Assembly (NCBI GenBank): GCA_050013475.1
Contig: JBEKFE010000016.1
Location: forward strand, 5,257-69,256
From: Bacteroidales bacterium
GTDB taxonomy: Bacteria; Bacteroidota; Bacteroidia; Bacteroidales; VadinHA17
DNA: 64,000 bases
Direction of reading: 5' to 3'
Shown here: positions 10,563 through 19,882 of the stretch, one piece after another
Layout: each line of letters starts with the position of its first letter
How positions within the stretch are numbered: position 1 is the stretch's first letter
Notes under the pieces: model-generated
What the model was told of the DNA's origin: nothing
The model's input: the letters and a program-made list of their open reading frames with translations, nothing else
Databases searched by the model: none
Program-made: the position numbers and the translations under genes

Positions 10563-11507
10563 ATGAAAAAACTAAAAATTGCATTTCTTTTTTTGATTGT
10601 TATTACTGTTGATTCCTCCGGTCAGCAGGATCCTACTTTCAGCCAGTATATGTTTAATACACTTGCCTATAATCCGGGTTACGCCGGTATCAACAATATG
10701 ATCTGTGCAACCGCCCTGTCGAGGCAGCAATGGGTTGGATTCACGGGCGCTCCTTCCACCACTGTTTTCAACGTGAGTGCACCAGTCTCTCTGTTCCACA
10801 TCAAGAGTGGCGTCGGTGTAAATGTTGAAAGTGATAACCTCGGTTTTGATAAGGATATTCTGCTTTCGGGTACTTACTCATACCTGATGGATATCGGCCA
10901 GGGCAAGCTCGGCCTGGGGATCAATCTCGGCATGTATAATATGGCGCTCTCCCCGAACTGGCAGATACCTACGGGCGATACGCATACGCCTGCATCGGGC
11001 GATCCGCTCATTCCGGAAACCAAGGAAAGCGATATTGCTTTTGATGCCGGCCTTGGTGCATACTTCAGGACCGACAAATATTATGCGGGGTTATCCGTGA
11101 CTCATATAAACGTACCAAAGATCAAATTTACTAAAGGAGAGACATACATAAGCAGGAATTATTATTTGACGACGGGATATACTTTCCAGCTCTCAAATCC
11201 GGCTTTTGAACTGATGCCTTCATTTTTCGCCTACAGTGACGGGAAAGTATTGCAGATGGCTTTGAATACTCTGGTGAGATATAATAAAAAAGTCTGGGGC
11301 GGCCTTACCTACAGGGAAGGAGATGCTTTGGTCGGGATCATCGGGGTTGAACTTTACAACGGCATCAGGATAGGCTACTCTTACGATTTTCCGCTTACCG
11401 ATATGAGACAAGGCACTAGTGGTACCCATGAATTTATGGTGAACTATTGTTTTGATTTAAGCACAGGTAAAAGCCCCATGAGATATAAAAGTATCAGATT
11501 TTTATGA
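10563..11507 (+). CDS. porP: PorP/SprF-family type IX secretion system membrane protein
   Basis: After the signal peptide comes QQDPTFSQYMFNTLAYNPGYAG, the hallmark N-terminus of PorP/SprF. The gene lies directly upstream of gldK, as in known porP-porKLMN operons. The ATG at 10563 is preferred. Confidence 0.8.
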   Translation: MKKLKIAFLFLIVITVDSSGQQDPTFSQYMFNTLAYNPGYAGINNMICATALSRQQWVGFTGAPSTTVFNVSAPVSLFHIKSGVGVNVESDNLGFDKDILLSGTYSYLMDIGQGKLGLGINLGMYNMALSPNWQIPTGDTHTPASGDPLIPETKESDIAFDAGLGAYFRTDKYYAGLSVTHINVPKIKFTKGETYISRNYYLTTGYTFQLSNPAFELMPSFFAYSDGKVLQMALNTLVRYNKKVWGGLTYREGDALVGIIGVELYNGIRIGYSYDFPLTDMRQGTSGTHEFMVNYCFDLSTGKSPMRYKSIRFL

Positions 11508-11554
11508 ATATTTAAAAAAAAATAACTTACTTGCAATATAAATCCTAACGCATT

Positions 11555-12901
11555 ATGAAAAAGGTGATTCTTATTGGTCTTGTCACGATAGTTCTGTTAA
11601 GTGGTTGTGGTTCTTCAAATAATGGAGAACTGACGGGTGTTATGGGAAGAAAGAAGTTCTTTGAACCCGAACCATTTCAGATGGCATTTATTCCTGCCGG
11701 AAGTTTCGTGATGGGGCCCAGCGATCAGGATGCATTCTTCTCACAAAACACAGTCTCCAAGACAGTTACAGTTGAAGCTTTCTGGATGGATCAGACAGAG
11801 ATCTCAAACAACAAATACCGTCAGTTCGTATACTACGTGCGCGACTCCATTCTCAGGACAAAGCTTGGACGCGCAGGAACCGTTCCAGACCGTAACTATT
11901 TTGTCGTTGACAAGGATGGTAACGTTGTTACGCCCAACGTCATAGACTGGGATGAGAAAATTGATCCTGAAGAGGAAAATACCGTGACCATTTTAGATTC
12001 GATGTTTTACCCTCCCGAAGAGAGATTCAATGGCAAGAAAGAGATCGATTCAAGGAAGCTGAACTACTCATATTTCTGGGTAGACTACAAACAGGCTGCT
12101 GCCGTTCCGTACAAACAGGATTATAAAGCAGCAACGGGACAGTATCAGGGGCAGGCCACAAACCTCGAAGGGGTGGTCTCAAAGGTTACGAACCGTTCAG
12201 CTTTCATTCAGCATGATATTATTAACGTTTATCCCGATACCCTCTGCTGGATCAGGGACTTTACATATTCATTCAACGACCCGCAGGCATCGATCTATTT
12301 CTGGCACCCCTCATTTGACGATTATCCTGTTGTAGGGGTTTCCTGGGTTCAGGCAAGGGCATTCAGCATCTGGAGAACAGATTATATGAACACCTACCTC
12401 AGGAAAGACAATATTCCCGATGTACAGGCTTACAGGCTGCCTACCGAAACCGAATGGGAATATGCCGCAAGGGGAGGCCTGGATCTTTCGATGTACCCAT
12501 GGGGCGGTCCATATACCAGGAATTACAAAGGCTGCTTCCTAGCAAACTTCAAACCTCTCCGAGGCAACTACGTGGATGACGGAGCAGTTTATGCACAGAA
12601 GGTCGGATCATATGAACCCAACGAATACGGACTCTACGATATGGCTGGAAACGTTGCCGAGTGGACCTCCACGGCATATCAGCCATCCGCTTATATTTTT
12701 ACCCACGACCTTAACCCGAATTACGAGTATAATGCAAAACCACAGGATCCGCCTGTCATGAAACGTAAAGTCATCAGGGGCGGTTCGTGGAAAGATATAG
12801 CCTACTTCCTTCAGACAGGTTCGAGGGATTATGAATATCAGGATTCGACTAAATCATTCGTCGGCTTCCGTAATGTAAGATCTTATATCGGTGTTAATTA
12901 A
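11555..12901 (+). CDS. gldK: gliding motility / T9SS lipoprotein GldK (PorK)
   Basis: Lipobox LLSGC, a formylglycine-generating-enzyme-like domain (RGGSWKD, YRLPTETEWEYAARGG), and position before gldL. Confidence 0.9.
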   Translation: MKKVILIGLVTIVLLSGCGSSNNGELTGVMGRKKFFEPEPFQMAFIPAGSFVMGPSDQDAFFSQNTVSKTVTVEAFWMDQTEISNNKYRQFVYYVRDSILRTKLGRAGTVPDRNYFVVDKDGNVVTPNVIDWDEKIDPEEENTVTILDSMFYPPEERFNGKKEIDSRKLNYSYFWVDYKQAAAVPYKQDYKAATGQYQGQATNLEGVVSKVTNRSAFIQHDIINVYPDTLCWIRDFTYSFNDPQASIYFWHPSFDDYPVVGVSWVQARAFSIWRTDYMNTYLRKDNIPDVQAYRLPTETEWEYAARGGLDLSMYPWGGPYTRNYKGCFLANFKPLRGNYVDDGAVYAQKVGSYEPNEYGLYDMAGNVAEWTSTAYQPSAYIFTHDLNPNYEYNAKPQDPPVMKRKVIRGGSWKDIAYFLQTGSRDYEYQDSTKSFVGFRNVRSYIGVN

Positions 12902-12925
12902 AATAACCCTAAAACAATCAGTTAT

Positions 12926-13807
12926 ATGAGCCTAGCAGAATTAGTTCAAAGCAGTGGTTGGAAGAACTTCATAGCTAAACTTTATGGTTTAGGAGCTTCC
13001 GTCGTTATTATCGGTGCATTGTTCAAAATACAGCACTGGCCATTTGCAGGGACCATGCTTACAGTAGGTCTTTGCACCGAGGCAGTTATCTTCTTCTTCT
13101 CAGCATTCGAACCCTTGCATGAAGAAGTTGACTGGACACTTGTCTATCCCGAACTCGCAGGTGTTCCCGAGGAAGAAGGCGAATTGCCGGCACACGGTAA
13201 ACATCGCGGCGGTGGCGGTGGAGGTGGCGGTTATGTAGGCGGCGGAGCAGGATCTGCAGCTCTCGCAAAATTCGACGAAATGCTCGAAAAGGCTGAGATC
13301 ACTCCCGACCTCTTCCAGAAACTGGGCGTCGGAATGAAAAAGCTGAGCGAAGCTACCGCAAACATGAATGCAATGGGCGACGTTTCTGCAGCCTCAACAA
13401 AATATATGAATACAATTAAATCCGCCGATGATTCACTCGGCAAGCTGTCTGATTCCTATCAGTCGACTGCCAAGGTTATCAACGAAACCGGATCAAACTA
13501 TAAAAACATTGCTGATTCACTGTCAGTTATAGAGGTTGGTGGAAAATCATACCAGCAGCAGCTTGAATCACTTAACAAGAATCTTTCTGCACTTAACGCA
13601 GCATATGAGCTCCAGCTCAAAGGCGCAGGAGAACATAATAAGGAATCTGATTCTCTCTACAAAGGATTACAGATACTTATGAAAGATCTTGCTGATTCTG
13701 CAGGCGATACCAAAAAATACCGCGAACAGGTTGGAAAACTCAATGAGAACTTAACAGCATTGAACAACGTCTACGGTAATATGCTTGCTGCCATGAACGT
13801 TAAATAG
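12926..13807 (+). CDS. gldL: gliding motility / T9SS protein GldL (PorL)
   Basis: Two N-terminal TM helices with the conserved acidic residue (GLCTEAVIFFFSAFEP), a Gly-rich linker and a coiled-coil C-terminus. Operon position fits. Confidence 0.88.
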   Translation: MSLAELVQSSGWKNFIAKLYGLGASVVIIGALFKIQHWPFAGTMLTVGLCTEAVIFFFSAFEPLHEEVDWTLVYPELAGVPEEEGELPAHGKHRGGGGGGGGYVGGGAGSAALAKFDEMLEKAEITPDLFQKLGVGMKKLSEATANMNAMGDVSAASTKYMNTIKSADDSLGKLSDSYQSTAKVINETGSNYKNIADSLSVIEVGGKSYQQQLESLNKNLSALNAAYELQLKGAGEHNKESDSLYKGLQILMKDLADSAGDTKKYREQVGKLNENLTALNNVYGNMLAAMNVK

Positions 13808-13847
13808 ACGTGACATCATTTCTATAACTAACTAAACTTACTGAAAA

Positions 13848-15518
13848 ATGGCTCACGAAAGGCTATCCCCACGGCAAAAGATGATCGGTATGATGTACCT
13901 GGTACTCACCGCCATGCTTGCCCTTAACGTATCAAAGGAGGCCGTGGAAGCATTCAAGAAGGTTGATAAAGGTCTTACCAAGACAATAGTAAACTATGTT
14001 GTCAAGAACAATGTAATATATGACGATTTCGACAAGGCAGCTGCCCAGAATCCTACCAAGGCGGGCCCATACAGGGATAAAGCGGGTAATGTGAGACAGA
14101 GAGCCGATGAGCTGTACAACTATATCCAGGATATTAAGATCGAAATTATCAATAAAGCTGAAGGACCGGTAAACGAAGCTGTAAAAGGCAAGGAGATCTT
14201 TATAGATAATGTTGATAAACATATTGATGATAACAATATACCATCAGAGATCCTTATCGGGGCCAATATGAATGGGAAGGCCTTTGCTCTTAAAACACTT
14301 CTTGCAAATTTCCGCGACGATATGATCAAGGATGTGATCGCAGGAAAGGATCCCAACATTGAAAAATCACTGAGGTCGATCTTCAATACCGACGATGGAC
14401 TCGATAAATCAGGGGAAAAGGAAAGGTGGGAAACACTTAATTTCCAGACTCTTCCTCTTGTTGCTGTAGTTTGCCTTCTTTCAAAAATGCAGGTAGACGT
14501 GCGCAACGCTGAAACTGATATCATCACATTCCTTTATCAGCAGATCGACAAAAAATCGTTCAAGTTCAACAAAATAATACCCATCGTCAGACCCCTCACA
14601 TCTACTTATGTCATGCAGGGTAATGAATATCAGGCAGAGGTCTTCCTTTCAGCTGTTGATACTACACTTCCCCTTGATATCAAGGTCGGTGAATACAAAA
14701 CTACTGTAAATGCCGACGGAACGACAAGTTATGAGATGGTCGGTAATAATCCCGCTTCCCTTCCTATCGATGAAACAACCGGAAGAGGTATCTATAAGGT
14801 CCGTCCTACAGGTAATATCGGACCAAGATCCTGGGGCGGTCTTATTTCAATGAAGGCTCCAAGCGGAGAGATACTCACCAAAGCTTTTCATGAAGATTAT
14901 GCGGTTGGGGCAAACAGCGTGGTTGTTTCGCCTACCGCTATGAATGTCCTGTATCTTAGTATCGAAAACCCAATTGATATTTCAGTTCCGGGTATCGGAA
15001 ATGATAAGATCATGGCTAAAATAACAAACGGCACTATCGGGAAAGGACAGGTCACCAGTTACAAAGGGGATATCTTCCCCGGAAGCTGGGTTGCGACACC
15101 TGCTTCTGAAGGAACTGCACAGATTCTTGTGAGTGCCGAGATGAATGGTAAATGGCAGCAGGTTGGGACGGTGAATTTCAGGGTAAGGTCGGTTCCCAAT
15201 CCTCTTACCTCTTTTGCAAGTCAAACCGGAGAAGGATCAGCAACAAAGGATGAAATTACAGCTCAGCGGGGATGTTTTGCCGTTCTCAAGGATTTCGATT
15301 TCAACCTGAGGTTCATAGTTACCGGATTTACACTCTCTTACATTGACAAGGGATTCACTGTGAAAGAGGCAAGCAGCAATAATCTTCTGACTGATGCGCA
15401 GAAAACCATGCTGGCAAAGCTTACAAGGGGAACACAATTGAATGTTACCGGTGTGAGAGCTGTTGGCCCTGATAAAAAGGAACGTATATTGAACCCTGTA
15501 ATTATAAAAGTTAATTAG
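13848..15518 (+). CDS. gldM: gliding motility / T9SS protein GldM (PorM)
   Basis: The N-terminus KMIGMMYLVLTAMLALNVS is characteristic of GldM. 556 aa with a single TM helix and a long periplasmic part. Confidence 0.9.
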   Translation: MAHERLSPRQKMIGMMYLVLTAMLALNVSKEAVEAFKKVDKGLTKTIVNYVVKNNVIYDDFDKAAAQNPTKAGPYRDKAGNVRQRADELYNYIQDIKIEIINKAEGPVNEAVKGKEIFIDNVDKHIDDNNIPSEILIGANMNGKAFALKTLLANFRDDMIKDVIAGKDPNIEKSLRSIFNTDDGLDKSGEKERWETLNFQTLPLVAVVCLLSKMQVDVRNAETDIITFLYQQIDKKSFKFNKIIPIVRPLTSTYVMQGNEYQAEVFLSAVDTTLPLDIKVGEYKTTVNADGTTSYEMVGNNPASLPIDETTGRGIYKVRPTGNIGPRSWGGLISMKAPSGEILTKAFHEDYAVGANSVVVSPTAMNVLYLSIENPIDISVPGIGNDKIMAKITNGTIGKGQVTSYKGDIFPGSWVATPASEGTAQILVSAEMNGKWQQVGTVNFRVRSVPNPLTSFASQTGEGSATKDEITAQRGCFAVLKDFDFNLRFIVTGFTLSYIDKGFTVKEASSNNLLTDAQKTMLAKLTRGTQLNVTGVRAVGPDKKERILNPVIIKVN

Positions 15519-15536
15519 AGTAAAAATATCTATAAG

Positions 15537-16379
15537 ATGAGTAGAAAGTTGTTAATAATAATTATAGCCGCTTCACTTTCCGGAGTTTTGAATGGTCAGA
15601 CTTTCAAGGATATCTATCAAAAATCTATTACTGATAACCAGAAGATAACTTACCCTTATCTCAGGGAAGCGGACGTTGTGTGGTCCAAGCGGGTATACAG
15701 GCTTATTGACCTGAGGGAAAAGTTTAACCAGCCGCTCTATTATCCGATCAAACCTGTCGGAGATAGCAGAAAAAGTTTTGTAAGGATCGTAATGGATGAA
15801 ATCAAGAAGGGCCAGATAAATGTTTATGCCGGTGATAGTGAATCAGCTGATACACTCGTTACTCCTACAACATATTCGGATGTTCTTGGTAAAATGGGCG
15901 AAGGCTATAAGAGACCAGGTAAAATTCAGGATATTAATACCGGTCAGGATAAAGATACTGTTTATGTACAGCATGCAACAATTGAGGATATTAAGCAGCT
16001 ATTAGTTTATGAAGAGTGGTATTTCGACAAAAAACTTTCTACACTCAACGTAAGGATCATTGGCATCTGCCCTGTCTGGATGAAGCTTAATAATGAAACC
16101 AAATCTGTTGACAGGCAAAGGGTTTGCTGGATCCGTTATGATGACATCAGAGACATCCTGTCTAAAAAAGAGGTATTTAATACGAATAATGATGCACAGA
16201 GAATATCTTTTGATGACCTTTTCATGCAGAGGAGATTCGACAGCTATATAGTAGCTGAATCCAATGTTTACAATGACAGGTTTATACAAGAGTTCACGAC
16301 TGGAAAGGATGCCATGTTCGAAGCCGAGCGCATCAAGAAGGAGGTATTTGATTTTGAACACGACCTCTGGGAATACTAG
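15537..16379 (+). CDS. gldN: gliding motility / T9SS protein GldN (PorN)
   Basis: 280 aa with a signal peptide. It is the last gene of the gldKLMN block and has GldN-like length and composition. Confidence 0.85.
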   Translation: MSRKLLIIIIAASLSGVLNGQTFKDIYQKSITDNQKITYPYLREADVVWSKRVYRLIDLREKFNQPLYYPIKPVGDSRKSFVRIVMDEIKKGQINVYAGDSESADTLVTPTTYSDVLGKMGEGYKRPGKIQDINTGQDKDTVYVQHATIEDIKQLLVYEEWYFDKKLSTLNVRIIGICPVWMKLNNETKSVDRQRVCWIRYDDIRDILSKKEVFNTNNDAQRISFDDLFMQRRFDSYIVAESNVYNDRFIQEFTTGKDAMFEAERIKKEVFDFEHDLWEY

Positions 16380-16400
16380 GAAATATTTATTATCAAATAA

Positions 16401-16436
16401 AGAAGGGCTTTCGATAAGAGCCCTTCTTTTATTTTC
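16401..16436 (+). terminator. intrinsic terminator after gldN
   Basis: A 9-bp stem (agaagggct, 16401-16409, pairing with agcccttct, 16419-16427) with a 9-nt loop, followed by ttttattttcc. Confidence 0.65.
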
Positions 16437-16870
16437 CGCCCCTAAATCCCCTATCTTGCTTCGCCGAAGCGGCTACGCGAAGGCGAAGAAGTGGACTTTA
16501 AATTACTTAATTTCAAGGCCCATTCAGTGGGTTAACTCTTTATACACATTTCATTATTATGCAAGTATATAAATAGTTGGTACAAAGTTCATGAATCACA
16601 GATAATGATAAATGACGGAGTCATTTAATTCCAATAGCCACGGTGACATCCGTGGTATGGGTAGAAAATGAAATATCACCCCGGAGTGGGTTGAAAAAGT
16701 TTGTTTTATTAAAGAGGCTTTAAGGTAATTTATTGGTTTAAATACAAGAGGTTATATTGGAATTCAATCCCTCCGGGATTGATAGCATATTATGCATTAT
16801 ACCCCGGATGTAACCGGGGCTATTGGATTCTCCAGCCCTCCAGGCTGGACCTTCTATTGTTTTATTCTCA
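16437..16870. repeat. cluster of short GC stem-loops (C-run/G-run mini-hairpins) in a 600-bp non-coding gap
   Basis: Hairpins are gcttcgcc..ggcgaag, ccacggtgacatccgtgg, aatccctccgggatt, ccccggatgtaaccgggg and cagccctccaggctg. A 27-nt motif (TTCCAATAGCC + hairpin) is present forward at 16629-16655 and inverted at 16802-16828. Confidence 0.6.
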
Positions 16871-16976
16871 AATTACACCTCTTTCGATTCCACTACCTAT
16901 TCAACTGCTATATCAAAAAAGTGTATAAAGAATAGTCAGGGGGGTGCGGGCGTTTCCTATTTGAGGAAAAATGGCA

Positions 16977-18062
16977 TTACAGGTACTCTTCTCCTGTCCT
17001 TTTCTTTACATCCTCTAAATAGTATTTTATCTTCTGCTCCTGATCCTTTCTTACAATCAGCAGAACATCATCCTCATCAACAATTATATAATCCTTTAAT
17101 CCCTGAAGAACGGCTACCTTCCCTTTTGCCACATTTATCACATTCCCGTTGTTATCGTACGAAAATATATTCCCCCTTACAACGGTATTCCCGTTCCTGT
17201 CAGGCGATGAATGCTCATAGAGTGTGCTCCATGTACCAAGATCGGACCATCCCACATCGGCACAGAGAACATAGACATTATCGGCCTTCTCCATAATGCC
17301 ATAATCTATAGAGATGCTCCTGCACGATGCATAGGTCTGCGCAATCGCACTCTCCTCCTTCTTCGTTCCGAATGATTTTTTGCTGTCATCAAATGAGGTA
17401 TAGATATCAGGAAGGTATTTTTCAAAAGCTTCCAGTATGGAATCAACGCTCCAGATAAATATCCCCGAATTCCAGTAAAAATCACCGCTTCCCAGAAATA
17501 CCTTTGCCAGCTCAAGATCCGGCTTTTCAGTAAATGTCTTTACTTTTACCAGCCCCTCAAACCCGGCTACAGGCTTCTTTTTATTGGCCTGTATATAGCC
17601 ATAACCTGTCTCCGGCCTGTCGGGCGTGATCCCAAGAGTAAGCAACGCCTTGCTGGCAGATGAAAAATCATAGGCTGTATTTATAACATTGATGAATATA
17701 TCCTCCTTCTCGATGATATGATCTGAGGGAGTAACGGCGACAATTGCGTCAGGATCTTCACTTTTGATCCTGAATATGCCATAGGCAATGCATGGTGCTG
17801 TATTTCTCCTGAGCGGCTCTGCAAGGACCCTGTCTGGTTTAATTCCGAGTTGCTCAATAACCAGCTCCTTATGCTCCGCGCTTGTGACCACGAAGATATT
17901 CGCTTCGGGACAGACCGACCTGAATCTTCTGAATGTCTGCTGAATGAGAGTTTCGCCTTTCCCCAGGATGTCCAGGAACTGCTTGGGTTTTTCCTTGCGG
18001 CTCAGCGGCCAGAATCTGCTTCCAACCCCTCCTGCCATTATCAGGACATATCTGTTTTTCAT
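16977..18062 (-). CDS. manC: mannose-1-phosphate guanylyltransferase
   Basis: Nucleotidyltransferase G-loop IMAGGVGSRFWPLSR, with PSDH and GYGYI segments. The ATG at 18062 (MKNRYVLIMAGG) is preferred over 18095. Confidence 0.85.
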   Translation of the reverse strand: MKNRYVLIMAGGVGSRFWPLSRKEKPKQFLDILGKGETLIQQTFRRFRSVCPEANIFVVTSAEHKELVIEQLGIKPDRVLAEPLRRNTAPCIAYGIFRIKSEDPDAIVAVTPSDHIIEKEDIFINVINTAYDFSSASKALLTLGITPDRPETGYGYIQANKKKPVAGFEGLVKVKTFTEKPDLELAKVFLGSGDFYWNSGIFIWSVDSILEAFEKYLPDIYTSFDDSKKSFGTKKEESAIAQTYASCRSISIDYGIMEKADNVYVLCADVGWSDLGTWSTLYEHSSPDRNGNTVVRGNIFSYDNNGNVINVAKGKVAVLQGLKDYIIVDEDDVLLIVRKDQEQKIKYYLEDVKKRTGEEYL

Positions 18063-18185
18063 AGGCAATAAATATATTCGGATAAACTTCTGCAAATATA
18101 TAATTATTTATCTTTTCGGGTTTTAAAATCGCTGCCGCCGGAAATATGGTAAATATTTGTAATTTTAACCCTTGAAAAAAGAGAG

Positions 18186-18935
18186 ATGTTAAAATATTTC
18201 TTCAGCGAGCTGGGACTGTATATTCTTCTTCTGAAAAAGATTTTTTCCAGGCCAGAGAAAATTTCAATCTACTACAGGCAGACTATGAGGGAATTTATGT
18301 CCCTTGGAGTCAATTCAGTCGGTATAGTCGCAATAATTTCATTCTTCATGGGTGCGGCGGTTGCCTTGCAGACTGCATATAACACCGAAAACCCCATGTA
18401 TCCGAAATATCTTATTGGTCTCGGAACCCGCGACTCTATGATCCTTGAATTCTCATCATCCGTGGCGGCTCTTATCCTTGCAGGAAAGGTCGGATCAAGC
18501 ATTGCTTCGGAAATTGGGACAATGAGAGTGACGGAACAGATCGACGCCCTTGAGATGATGGGTGTAAACTCAGCATCATTCCTAATACTTCCTAAAGTTA
18601 TTGCCGCCGTCCTTTTCAACCCGTTCCTTACGCTGTTAAGTATATGTGTCGGTATAGGCGGCGGATACCTGGCATGCACACAACTGGGAGGGATAACATC
18701 GGAGGACTTCATATACGGAGTACAGTATGGCTTTATTCCATTTTATGTCACTTACTCACTTGTAAAAACACTCTTCTTTGCATTTATCATTACGACAGTA
18801 TCTGCATACCAGGGATACTATGTTTCCGGGGGATCCCTCGAAGTAGGCAGGGCAAGCACAAAAGCTGTTGTCTTCAGCTGCCTGCTTATCCTCCTTTTCA
18901 ATGTAATATTAACCCAGCTTCTGCTTTCAAAATGA
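18186..18935 (+). CDS. mlaE: MlaE-family ABC transporter permease
   Basis: 249 aa and polytopic, with the conserved MRVTEQIDALEMMG segment of MlaE/Ttg2B permeases. Confidence 0.85.
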   Translation: MLKYFFSELGLYILLLKKIFSRPEKISIYYRQTMREFMSLGVNSVGIVAIISFFMGAAVALQTAYNTENPMYPKYLIGLGTRDSMILEFSSSVAALILAGKVGSSIASEIGTMRVTEQIDALEMMGVNSASFLILPKVIAAVLFNPFLTLLSICVGIGGGYLACTQLGGITSEDFIYGVQYGFIPFYVTYSLVKTLFFAFIITTVSAYQGYYVSGGSLEVGRASTKAVVFSCLLILLFNVILTQLLLSK

Positions 18936-19684
18936 TAAGGGTCAAAAACTTGTATAAATCATTTAATGGCAGGACTGTGCTTACCGATATTTCCGTAACC
19001 TTTGAACCCGGAAAAACAAATCTTATTATCGGACAGAGCGGATCGGGAAAAACCGTTCTGCTCAAGTCAATAATAGGACTTCTTGAAATCGATCAGGGAG
19101 AGATATGGTTCGAGGATATCCTTTTCAACAAACTCGATTTCAACGGCAAAAGAGCTATCCGCAAGGAGATAGGAATGCTGTTCCAGGGCAGCGCTCTTTT
19201 TGATTCCCTCACAGCGGAACAGAACGTAAGATTCCCTCTCGATATGTTCACCGATCAATCGCTGGAGGAAAAAACCGAAAGGGTAAATTTATGCCTTAAA
19301 AGAGTAAATATCCTGGATGTCAACGATCTTTATCCCGCAGAACTTTCAGGTGGTATGCGCAAAAGGGTAGCTATCGCAAGGGCGATCTCGCTTAATCCCA
19401 AATACCTTTTCTGCGATGAACCTAACTCAGGCCTCGATCCCAAAACGGCCATACTCATCGACGATCTTATAAGTGAGATAACCTCCGAGAACAATATGAC
19501 TACAATAATCAATACCCACGACATGAATTCGGTGATGGAAATCGGGGAAAAGATAGTGTTTATAAGTGATGGAGTAAAATGCTGGGAGGGTAACAAACAT
19601 CAGGTCCTCGATTCCGATTCTGAGAAGCTTAATGATTTTATCTTTGCAAATTCGCTTGCCAAAAGGCTGAAGGAGAAAAGGTAG
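18932..19684 (+). CDS. mlaF: MlaF-like ABC transporter ATP-binding protein
   Basis: Walker A GQSGSGKT, signature LSGGMRKRVAIARA and Walker B LFCDEP. The ATG at 18932 overlaps the mlaE stop (ATGA); the longer 18644 ORF is an out-of-gene extension. Confidence 0.85.
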   Translation: MIRVKNLYKSFNGRTVLTDISVTFEPGKTNLIIGQSGSGKTVLLKSIIGLLEIDQGEIWFEDILFNKLDFNGKRAIRKEIGMLFQGSALFDSLTAEQNVRFPLDMFTDQSLEEKTERVNLCLKRVNILDVNDLYPAELSGGMRKRVAIARAISLNPKYLFCDEPNSGLDPKTAILIDDLISEITSENNMTTIINTHDMNSVMEIGEKIVFISDGVKCWEGNKHQVLDSDSEKLNDFIFANSLAKRLKEKR

Positions 19685-19685
19685 C

Positions 19686-19874
19686 TTAACCCTTTTCTTT
19701 TACCTCTTCAAATTCTATATATTCGCCAAGCTCCTTCGGAACTCCCGTTTTCTTTGATGCTTTATACTTATCAGGTTCCTTCGCATCTCCTTCCCTTACG
19801 CTGGCACTTCCCATTACAACAAATATCCTGGCGATCAGAAAAATAATCAGGAATATCAGTATCATCCGGAGCAT
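19686..19874 (-). CDS. small membrane protein, DUF4834-like
   Basis: 62 aa with one N-terminal TM helix and an acidic C-terminus (GEYIEFEEVKEKG), as in bacteroidetal DUF4834 proteins. Confidence 0.5.
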   Translation of the reverse strand: MLRMILIFLIIFLIARIFVVMGSASVREGDAKEPDKYKASKKTGVPKELGEYIEFEEVKEKG

Positions 19875-19882
19875 AGAAGAAA

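Noticed and set aside
13200-13260. Poly-glycine tract in GldL as a possible slippage-prone or frameshift site
   Set aside because: The tract is encoded by mixed GGC/GGT/GGA codons, not a homopolymer run. It lies in the known flexible linker of GldL and the frame is intact.
16445-16457. 13-nt identity aatcccctatctt shared with 38155-38167
   Set aside because: Dozens of exact 13-mer matches are expected by chance in a 64-kb window when both strands are compared. There is no extended similarity around it.
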